Source: a virus. From it: 34,785 nucleotides of DNA. The notes under the pieces are model-generated. The model saw nothing but the letters and a program-made list of their open reading frames with translations. It searched no databases and was not told the DNA's origin. The stretch lies in the UHGV virus genome UHGV-1780165; one strand, given 5' to 3'. Numbering within the stretch: position 1 is the first letter of the stretch; every line of letters starts with the position of its first letter. The translations under genes were made by a program, and so were the position numbers. Positions 10,313 to 19,600 of the stretch are shown one piece after another.

Positions 10313-10338
10313 GGCGGCCATTAGGCCGCCTTTTTTTT
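10313..10338 (+). terminator. intrinsic terminator-like hairpin GGCGGCC-ATTA-GGCCGCC plus T8 in the ref leader
   Basis: Perfect 7-bp GC stem followed by TTTTTTTT, ending 6 bp before the ref ATG. Confidence 0.6.
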
Positions 10339-10343
10339 GCCAT

Positions 10344-10904
10344 ATGAAAACAATCGAACAAAAACTTGAACAGCGCCGCGAGTGGCAGAAGGCAGCCAGA
10401 GAACGAGCGATCGCTCGGCAACGGGAAAAGTTGGCTGACCCCGCCTGGCGAGAATCGCAATATCAGAAAATGCGGGATTCTATCGACCGCCGTATCGCTA
10501 AACAGAAAGAGCGCCCACCAGCCAGCAAAACGCGGAAAAGTGCGGTAAAGATAAAATCTCGTGGCTTGAAGGGGCGAACATCGACAGCGGAGGAACGGAG
10601 CATCGCCAATGCTCTTGGCGCTCTCCCCTGCATTGCCTGCTATATGCATGGAGTAATATCTAATGAGGTGTCTCTGCACCATATCGCCGGTCGTACCGCG
10701 CCGGGTTGTCATAAAAAGCAATTGCCACTTTGTAGATGGCACCACCAGCATGCAGCACCGGCTGAAGTAAGAGAAAAATACCCCTGGCTGGTCCCTGTTC
10801 ATGCCGATGGTGTGGTTGGAGGCAAGAAAGAATTCACCTTGCTGAACAAGTCAGAGATGGAGTTGCTGGCTGACGCCTATGAGATGGCAAACATCATGCA
10901 CTAA
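10344..10904 (+). CDS. ref: Ref, HNH-family recombination enhancement nuclease
   Basis: 186 aa from ATG 10344 (MKTIEQKLEQRREW...); Cys/His-rich HNH-like C-terminal half; the listed ORF start 10239 is an in-frame read-through of the leader. Confidence 0.85.
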   Translation: MKTIEQKLEQRREWQKAARERAIARQREKLADPAWRESQYQKMRDSIDRRIAKQKERPPASKTRKSAVKIKSRGLKGRTSTAEERSIANALGALPCIACYMHGVISNEVSLHHIAGRTAPGCHKKQLPLCRWHHQHAAPAEVREKYPWLVPVHADGVVGGKKEFTLLNKSEMELLADAYEMANIMH

Positions 10905-10940
10905 TAAATATATTATTTTTAATCTGAAATAATTGACAAC

Positions 10941-10959
10941 TGACAAGTGACTTCAGTCA
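10941..10959 (+). promoter_or_regulatory. candidate late-promoter element TGACAAGTGACTTCAGTCA
   Basis: Near-palindromic; shares the AAGTGACTT core with sites upstream of pacA, prt and lyz. Confidence 0.4.
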
Positions 10960-11065
10960 GAATCATCACATGCCCGGTACGGATGGATCCCTTTTCAAAT
11001 ATTCCATGGACGGCACAGTCTGAGTACCGGGCGCTACCTTCAGTTGTATTGCTAAGCCGCCGCTG

Positions 11066-11734
11066 GTGGCTTTTCTTTTTTGTAGGGGCGCTATGGATAA
11101 GAAAATATGCGTTGTTTCGATGAGCGTCGGTAAACCGGCGTCAATGACTGCTGCATGGATCAACAACGAGCTGATAATGGCTGAGCGGACCAGCTACCCT
11201 GAACGCCGCCGCGATATGGAACTCCAGCTGCTGCGCGAATTGCGAGAAAAAGAGGAAAAGGGTTTTATCGTGCTGGTGGAAGAGGAAAACAGCTTTATTA
11301 CTGGTCGAGTTGGCCAGCGTGTAAGGTTGCGCGATCCCTTCATGAACGGCAGGCCGGTACTAATTGAGGCCATGCAGATTTATAAGGAGCTGGAACGCCA
11401 GAAAGCAATCAAGTTACCGCGCAAGGAATCCGGCAAATACATCCTCCACCAAAGCATCTTCGATTCCGAACACGATAAAAAAGGCGATGAATTTTTCAAC
11501 ATCAACTGGAGCGAAATAACGACAGAGCATGTTCTGACGTTACTCTGTTGCTTTGCGACGGAATACAACAACGTTGCCAGCGCAGACTACATCAGGGCAA
11601 TGGCTTGTGAAGTGGATAGTCGTGATGACTCATCGCTGATAGCGTCATATATAAACATCATCAAGAAAACTCAAATTATGGGATGCGCTAGAGTTCCTCA
11701 AGGAATACTCACCGGAAAGAATAATATTCTATAA
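11066..11734 (+). CDS. hypothetical protein at the position of P1 mat
   Basis: 222-aa ORF (alternative ATG at 11093); assignment by position only. Confidence 0.45.
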   Translation: MAFLFCRGAMDKKICVVSMSVGKPASMTAAWINNELIMAERTSYPERRRDMELQLLRELREKEEKGFIVLVEEENSFITGRVGQRVRLRDPFMNGRPVLIEAMQIYKELERQKAIKLPRKESGKYILHQSIFDSEHDKKGDEFFNINWSEITTEHVLTLLCCFATEYNNVASADYIRAMACEVDSRDDSSLIASYINIIKKTQIMGCARVPQGILTGKNNIL

Positions 11735-11751
11735 CCTACGAAGGTTATTTG
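11733..11751 (+). terminator. weak hairpin TAACCT-ACGA-AGGTTA followed by T-rich tract
   Basis: 6-bp stem then TTTGTTACTTTCT, immediately after the mat-position stop codon. Confidence 0.35.
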
Positions 11752-11778
11752 TTACTTTCTGCGTAAACCCACAACTCA

Positions 11779-11798
11779 CCTTCCTAAGTTAAGGAAGG
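11779..11798. terminator. hairpin CCTTCC-TAAGTTAA-GGAAGG between convergent genes
   Basis: Perfect 6-bp inverted repeat between the mat-position ORF (+) and the 346-aa ORF (-). Confidence 0.35.
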
Positions 11799-11831
11799 TA
11801 TTTATCATGAAGTTTAGACATAAGCGTATTA

Positions 11832-12872
11832 TTACATGGGATTAACCACAACCTTTCCATATATATCAAGTTTTGATTGTAATACGTTGAGGTGAGACAA
11901 TTCTTTATTCGAACTAACTTTATCTAAAATTATATTTTTATCTTTTTCAGTCATGTTATACCCTAAGGTAATTTGCTTGAATGCAGAAAAAGGAATTTTC
12001 TTTAAGTTAATTTCATGATAGTCATGAAAAACATCAGGATACTCATTTAATAGGCAATCATCAATCGATGGAGAGACAATGCTTCCTATTTTTCTCTCGC
12101 AATCAGCCAATGGAAAAATAATTCTACTTTCATTTTCAGGAAGCCACTCTTCACCTTTTGTATAAAGAAGCCTATTAATAAAAAGCTCGCGAACTGAATC
12201 TCGATTTAAGATTCCATGCAATGTATTATCTTTATTCTTTATATCTATATTCCTCGATGGCGCAGGATAGCCATTAAATCGCACAGCGCCTTTATAATAG
12301 GTTACAGATGCTCTATCTTCTGGATTATAACTAACATCACACGGCCGATATATTTTGAAAAAATCGTGTGTTTCATCGAAAACTACAGCAAACCCCTTTC
12401 CTATCGATGCATAATGAGTCCACATGTGTAGATTGCAATCACTTTTTGATAGAGAGAACACACCAAGATGACAGCTTACGGCTTCTACTAAATAATCGTT
12501 AAGGTACGTTACTATTTCTTGGAGTTTAGATTCATCATATGAATCCATTGAGGTAAAACCTTCATTGATTAACAAGTGTGGAAAATCCTCTCCGTATCGT
12601 TTCCCGCAAGGTTTTAAATAATACTCTAACTCTTGTATAGATGGGACATAAGATGGATCTCGTTGCATTTTCTTAAATTCATTTCTAGCCCATGCGTAAT
12701 CGGCTGGTGAAAATTTATTAAAAAATGGAAGAAGTCGCGACTCACTCGACGGATCATTAAGATACTTTGGTTGCGTTGCTCTAAAGAAACCATCCTCCAG
12801 ACAAGATGTTCTAATGTGCATGCCCGGCCAAGGTTTATCCATATAACTCTCGCCTATATATTTAACTAACAC
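11832..12872 (-). CDS. AT-rich 346-aa protein of unknown function in the slot where P1 has res/mod; candidate defence/abortive-infection protein
   Basis: Long uninterrupted ORF; visibly lower GC than flanks; no Walker A, methyltransferase or HNH motifs seen; internal core GVFSLSKSDCNLHMWTHYASIGKGFAVVFDETHDFF. Confidence 0.6.
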   Translation of the reverse strand: MLVKYIGESYMDKPWPGMHIRTSCLEDGFFRATQPKYLNDPSSESRLLPFFNKFSPADYAWARNEFKKMQRDPSYVPSIQELEYYLKPCGKRYGEDFPHLLINEGFTSMDSYDESKLQEIVTYLNDYLVEAVSCHLGVFSLSKSDCNLHMWTHYASIGKGFAVVFDETHDFFKIYRPCDVSYNPEDRASVTYYKGAVRFNGYPAPSRNIDIKNKDNTLHGILNRDSVRELFINRLLYTKGEEWLPENESRIIFPLADCERKIGSIVSPSIDDCLLNEYPDVFHDYHEINLKKIPFSAFKQITLGYNMTEKDKNIILDKVSSNKELSHLNVLQSKLDIYGKVVVNPM

Positions 12873-12893
12873 TGTATATCGATCCTGTTGTTT

Positions 12894-12914
12894 AAGCCCA
12901 TATCATATGGGCTT
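12894..12914. repeat. perfect palindrome AAGCCCATAT-C-ATATGGGCTT
   Basis: 10-bp arms with a 1-nt spacer, partly extended by TTT/TAAA; lies between the lxc stop and the 346-aa ORF start. Confidence 0.8.
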
Positions 12915-12924
12915 TAAATGATTA

Positions 12925-13173
12925 TTAATCAGCATTCAGAAGCAATGCGTTATCTATGATGATCTGCTCCCATTCTTCGAATGCCCGATCGCGGACACCT
13001 TGGGGAACACTGTTAGTTTTGAAATCGACGACCGTCCGCCATTTCCCGTCCGGGCGGTACATGCGCAGAGCTTTACTTCCCCCTTCCCTGCGCACCTCAA
13101 CGTTGTGCTTGTCAGCAAACTCTTGTAATGCTCGTAGCGTCCCATGCTTTACTGTGTAGTATCGCTTTTTCAA
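12925..13173 (-). CDS. lxc: Lxc-position protein (modulator of C1 repression)
   Basis: 82-aa ORF directly downstream of the ulx-position gene; backbone-like GC; positional assignment. Confidence 0.5.
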   Translation of the reverse strand: MKKRYYTVKHGTLRALQEFADKHNVEVRREGGSKALRMYRPDGKWRTVVDFKTNSVPQGVRDRAFEEWEQIIIDNALLLNAD

Positions 13174-13610
13174 GTTTTCTCTCCAGCCTGTGCTAAGGCT
13201 TCAACTTCCAAATCGTAAGACTCAAACTCATAGTCCTGGTCGTCAACCTCTTCAGGTACTGGCAGTAAATGCCAGGCTGAGTATATCTGACCATTATCAA
13301 AACGCTCCTGGCTGTAGAGCGTCGCAGCTATGAGCGTCAGCGCCGGGCGGTCATAACGGTAAATTTTGCGAACGTCACGGTCAACGAGACGACCGAAATT
13401 ACCATAACCGCGCTCCAGTAATAATTTTTTAATTTCCGGCCAGTATGGACCATAGCTGCGGTACAGGCGGGGATTTTTCAGTAATCGCCCGCGTAGCCCT
13501 GACAGGAAGAAATCAACGTATTCGTCTTCTGTCTTTCCTAACAACGCTGTACGGAGTACCGCCTCAAGATATGTTTTATTCGGTTTTATTGTATCAGATA
13601 GTGTGGCCAT
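13170..13610 (-). CDS. ulx: Ulx-position protein (DarB packaging accessory)
   Basis: 146-aa ORF immediately downstream of darB on the same strand; overlaps lxc start by 4 bp. Confidence 0.5.
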   Translation of the reverse strand: MATLSDTIKPNKTYLEAVLRTALLGKTEDEYVDFFLSGLRGRLLKNPRLYRSYGPYWPEIKKLLLERGYGNFGRLVDRDVRKIYRYDRPALTLIAATLYSQERFDNGQIYSAWHLLPVPEEVDDQDYEFESYDLEVEALAQAGEKT

Positions 13611-13643
13611 ATTATGCGACGCCCGGCGAACCGGGCGCTCCTG

Positions 13644-16600
13644 TTATGCGTATTGTTGGATGACGGCCAGAACGTCCGCCACGTTGTGTTTTGTCTCGAT
13701 AATCCACCAGTTACCCGGGAAATCGCTGTTCTTCGCCTTCGCTGGCAGCCAGCGAGCGCCGAATTTCGCCTTGATTGCGTCTTTCGCACGGAAAAGAACG
13801 CCTTTCATGCCTGAGGCTTCCTGAAGCCCAAATACCTCGCCAGCGGCGAATTTTGGTGCGTACATCATCTTCAGGTCGGCGGTGGATACGCGATAATTCA
13901 GACCAAGAGACTGAGCTATGCTGGTGGCATCACCCTGTATTGATGATAACTCTTCTTGTTTCTCGTTTCTGGCGGCAATTTCTTCCTCCGTGATGTTGCC
14001 AAGGGCCAGGTTTATCCGATCAGCGTCGGCCTGTTTCTCTTCATCGGTGCGCCCGGCAAGAACCGTGTTAATTCTCTGCAATATCTCCACATGATTCTTG
14101 CGCATGCTGAGCAATTCCGGCGTAACCTCGTTAAGATCCACCAGCCCAAGGATGGCAAGGTCGGAAAACATTGATACCAGGTTGTAGGTCATGCGATAGC
14201 TGAGTTGGCCATAGGCTGATGGCAACTGCACCGCATCCATTTGATAGGCATCCATAAATTTAGAGCCGTCGTTTACGACATCCGCAATTGCAGGTGTGAT
14301 TTTCCCTGTGGTGGCGGCCTCCCTGATTGCTGTTACCCATGATTGAGTCAGTGCGGCGACTGCATGATTCAGATTGGCTTCCCGTTCTGCTGCGATGCGC
14401 GCGCTTGCTGAGTCCATTGCCTGCTTGATCTCGGCTTTATTGCTGTAAATGCCAATGGTGCCAAACTGTGCTGTGGTGATCTCATAATCTGACGCCCGGA
14501 ACTCATGGGTACCGAAAATGGCATTGGTGACCTCAAGTTCAGAATCCCCGTTACGAGTAGCCCCCTGGCTTGTTTTCTCCGGCATTTTTGCGATCGCATC
14601 CGCTATTTTCTCCTGAATTGCTTCAGGGGATAGCGTATCTCCGTATGACGCGATTACATCGCCATAATTGGAGCCAAACAATTCAACCAGGAATGTTTCT
14701 GCCGAACGGATCTGGCGGTTATTCCCTTCCGACATCATACCAAGCACCCATTTTGCAATTGACGACTTCAGCGCGCCGTCACGGCGATCCGGGTAAACCG
14801 CATGCTTCAGTGGGTCCGTATAGGTACCAACAAAATCAATGCTATAGCCTGACTCTGTAGTCTGAACGCCGTACGAGTCAGTGATTTTGATCATGCCGCG
14901 CTGCTGGAAACGGTAGAAATCGTCACAGGAAATGATGTCGTTAATCCCGGCGATGGAGACGCCACCACTGATTTTCTGCATAACAGCATCTTCATCGGGA
15001 GTTACATCCACCTGTTTATCCAGCGTCTTCACATCCCAGTTACCCGATTTGGTGCCTTTGAAGGTAAAGATGATCTCCACGTCTGCGCGCTGGCTGTCGA
15101 AGTCCAGCGACTTAATGCGAACGATATCACCGGCACAATCGTAGTATTGGCCTACACGCCATGAGCGATCGCCGATAACAAGGAACTCACTCGCATGGTT
15201 AACCAGGTCAGGATCTACATCCAGAATGCCTTTATTTATTGCATCCTCCACCAGCGGGCGCAGGCGTTTGATATCCGTCGCGGCCTTCTGAGTACGGTTC
15301 AATAATTTCTCATAGCGGGAGATGGCTTGAGAGATATTAGCCTTGCGCTGAATGGCGCTTTTCAACGACGCGCGATACTGTGCTAACAACATACGGTCTG
15401 TGTGATGGACACTCCCCCAGCGGGCCTTCCAGTCTGCGTTATCCGCTGCCTTGGCCATTGCCGCCTGTTTGAATTTAGCTACCTCGGCGGTGGTCTTTTC
15501 AAGTTCCGCTTTGCTTCGCTCTAATTCAGCGGTAAGTACCTCCACATCCTCGCCAGCTGCGTGCTGCGCCTTGATGTAGTTCTGAAGGTCGATAGTAGCC
15601 TGTTCTTTCTGGCGAGCGCGTTGCGCGGCTTTCGCCTTATCCATTTGAACCTGCATCATTGCCAGACGTTCGCCATCATCCTTAGCGGTATACATCTGCA
15701 TTTCGATCATATCGTTGGCGTCGGCGTTCTCCATTTCAGACTTATCTGAGCGGAGGATATCGGAGATCCAGCCTGCTTTACGCTTCAGCGTCTTCAGTCG
15801 GTATTCATCGAAAGAACCCTTGCCGCAGTAGTAGTGAACGCGAACGCTTGCACGGTTGGAACCAACTCGGGCACCGCGACCGTTACGCTGTGCGATACTG
15901 GCTGGTGTCCATGGCAACGTCAGATGATGGATGTCAGTCGTTCCTCGATGCAGGTTGATACCCACCTCTGCCTTTTTGTTGCAGATGATGATCGGAGTCC
16001 GGCCCTCCTGGAAGTCGGCAGCAATCTTTTCCAGCCCACCCAGCGACATTTCATTTTGCTGCGCGATATAGGCGTCATACAGAGCCATTTGCTCGTTGTA
16101 TTTCGCTATCTGTGCATCTGTTGGTTCATCCGGTAGCTCTTTCGGTGGTTTAACCGCTTTCAGTTTCTTACCGGTTTTACCTGCCTCGGCAACCGTCTGA
16201 GCATTCAGGATCCCCACCTTTGAAGGTTCAAGGTTAAGAGCATTGCAGATAATGCGCTTGAGCTTCTGGTGTTGCGTTTTTTCATCGGTGAAGATGATTT
16301 GCTTACCTTCCGGGAAAAACTCCTTCAGCGTGGCAATCAGCTTCGCGTATTTGGGCGTAACGGGGTGAGTTACGGTCTGTTCGTCAATGCCAAACTTGGC
16401 CAGGCGCTTATTCACTTCCTGCTCAAATGCTTCCGGTACCTGCAACTGAATAAACTCGCCCTTATCTATCAGGGAGTATTGCGATTGCTGCGTGATCGAA
16501 TCATCACTGTCGTCGTCTTCGCTGGTGGCTTGTTTAGGCAAACTGTCCGCCAGCTGCTGCACCGCATCGGCGTACTCCGGCAGGAAACGATAGGTGATCC

Positions 16601-19600
16601 TGCGATAGTACAGGTCCATGTCAGTACATACGCGGTCCATATCCCTGATTATTGAGAAGATCGGACGGGCTTTCTCGTGCTCAATCACGCCGTCTTCATT
16701 GACCGAGGTCGTTACGCCATTGTTGGCTTTGGCTGCCGCTTCCGCCTGCTGACGCAATTCTTCATACGCCGCCAGTTGTTCTTCCGTAAGTGGTGCATCC
16801 TGCTGGTGTTCGTCCAGTTCCGGGATCTCCACGGTATCCTTAACGTCTTCCGCCGTTTTAAGCGTTGTCCAGCGATGGAATATGCCGCGCAGCGCATCAA
16901 GGTTTTCAAAGCCCACCAGCGCCATTTTTTCTTCAACTTCACCGCTGATTTTCTGTACCGTTTCCAGCCTGGTCTTGCCGAAGAATTTTACGAAGTCATC
17001 AGGACTGTAGATCCCCATCTTCTGCCAGTATTCCTTCGGCAGAACATGAGAAAGCATGTTGTATGCATCGATCGGGGTGTTAACGACTGGCGTTGCAGTC
17101 AGGAGAACCGGTCCGCGCCCACCATTCTTTTTCATCAGGTACGCGTTTTTAATTGCCATATCCCGCGCCGATTGCGCCACCGCGCTGGTGGGCAGATAGG
17201 CCAGTTGTGACGCTTCGCGACCATTTTTATAGCTATTGCGGTAGTTGTGACCTTCGTCAGCGATCACACTATCGAAGCCCATATCCTCAAAGTACGGATA
17301 CTTCTCTGCTTTTTCGGTGCCGGTATCTGAATACTCCGACAATACCCGGCGACGCGCGGCCTCTTTGCGGTGGGAGTCGGAGTCCATTGCGCTGGCTACG
17401 CGCCCGGCGGCAACGAAGTCATAAAGCATATCCTGTGCATGCTCATCTACGGTGTCATCACGTAGCGGAATGCGGGCGTATTGTTCTTTGGTAAACACGA
17501 CTGCACGGTAATTTGAGTGCGGGATCGCGTTCATCCGCGCCGTGATAGTGGCTTCATCTGCCAGCTTAAGAGCATCGCGCATAACTGGAGTGCCATCAGT
17601 ACCAAGAACAGGTTTACCGTTCTCATCGAGCACCGGCACCTGGCGAATCTGATCGCCATCCATCAGCACATCAAGACCGACGAACAGGTAGTTACTGAAT
17701 GCCTCTTCACTCAGGAATTCTTTTGCTTCGTAATACCAGTTTTCCAGCACTGATTTAGGCACTACATACGCAGTACGGGTGGAGCGACCGTTCTCATAGT
17801 TGAACGCCTCAAGCGCCAGCGCGGTCGTGGTTTTACCCAGCCCGGTGCCGAAGCCCAGGATGCCGCGCCCATCTTCGGACAGTCGGCGCACCTCGCTATT
17901 CTGGTAATCAAATGGCTGGCGCTTACCGCTTAATCCCTTCAACCCAAGCGGATCGCCAGAGTGTTCATACGGGATATTGCTATTGAACACATCGTTGTAT
18001 TTGGCAACCAGCTCATCGTAGCGATCGTGCGTCTTGATCCACTTATTGAACTGGTCCTCAAGCAGTGCCATCTGCTCGCGGTAGCCGTTCGCCGTCGCGC
18101 TATCTTTGCCACCGATACGCGCACCATTGAGATACTTTTCCAGCTGTGCCGGGAACCCGGTCGCGTTTTCACCTGATTTACGGTCCCACTCGTAGCGGAT
18201 CTCGCCTGTTTCTTTATCCTTGCGCTGGACGACACCGTATCGGTGCCCGACGAACAGACCATCACCACCGTGATAGGTGTCAGAAACCATTTCGTCGCCT
18301 TCCAGCTGCACTGACTGCACATAGCGAAGATCCGGATAGCCGTTTTCCTGCAAAAATTCCAGAATGACGGAACGGTCGAACCAACGGCTATTGAGCTTAA
18401 AGCGGATATTCTCTGCTGGCGTCTTGATGCGCTTCTCTTCGATCGCTGCCAGCTGATTAAGGACGTTGTTCTTTACTGGACCGTCGGGGAGTGTGGCAAG
18501 GAATTCCTGTTTTGGTACCACTATCTCGTTAATGTCGCCGCTGGTGGCGCGGGCGAACGGAACAATCCCGCCATACGGTGAAACCGCAATGCCAGGGGTG
18601 CTGGCCAATAAATTAAGCAACTCGTCATCACTGGCTGGCAGTTCGCCGGTAAACGCAAGGCGGAAATCATCGAGCTGGATTGGATCGCGAGTGAGATCAC
18701 TGTAGAGATAACGCAGGGTGTCCTGATAGCTGGTGGAGTCATAACTGGCGCTGGAATCATGCGTAACCAGTTTTCCTGTCAGCTCGTCAGAAATAGTGCC
18801 ATCCAGCTTAATTGCACCACGGAAAGCAAACCAGGCGCGCGCACCGCTCCCCGATAATTTCGCTATCGGACCGCGACCGGGGTTACCAAAACGGTCAATC
18901 TCTGCCTGCAAACGGGATACCAGAGAAAGGCGCTGCTGTTCGATTTGTTCAGCACTATGCCCGGCGGCCTTCATGTCCTGATATTCAATTAACATCCGGC
19001 CAATCATCGCCCCGCGATACAAGCGTTCACGGTATTTTTCAGGCTGGCTGTTAATCCAGTCCACCAGCTGCACCATATCGTCGCTGATTGATGTGGTGTA
19101 CTTATCGCGGACATTTGCCATCTGGGTAAATGTCATACCGAGACGGCCTTCTGTTGTAGTCAGGTTACGCTGAAGAGCCTCCCAGCTGTCCGCGCCATAA
19201 CTGGCAACATCAATCTTCAGCTCCTTCCCTGCATCAGCTTCAATCCAGCGACCACCAGCATATTTTTGCCATACGCCATTAATCAGGCGCATTTCCCCTT
19301 CATCAACAACGTCTGCGGTCGGTGACGGTTCAGCCATATTGAGCAAAGACCAGTCGATACGACTTTCGAAACGATGAATCAGCTTCGCTTTAAGAGCCTG
19401 GTTATCAATCTGCCCGTCGGCACGAACCTCAATACGCCCCTGGAATCCCTTCTCCTGAGTGCCATGAACAAACCGGCGGCCGTCCTTTTCAAACCACTTG
19501 CCAGAAATAAACGTTGGCCAAAGCACATTTGCCGATTCAAGAGTGCCTTCATCCACCAGGGGGATTTTCTCAGCCATCTCCGCCGGATGTTTGCGCATCA

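Noticed and set aside
10239-10343. N-terminal extension of ref beginning at 10239
   Set aside because: The extension runs through the operator/promoter and a terminator hairpin. The ATG at 10344 gives the 186-aa Ref beginning MKTIEQ.
11735-13643. Type III restriction-modification genes (res/mod) expected from P1 synteny
   Set aside because: Only ~1.9 kb lies between the mat-position gene and darB, containing lxc, ulx and one 346-aa ORF. No methyltransferase motifs or large helicase-nuclease ORF are present, so the R-M system is absent.
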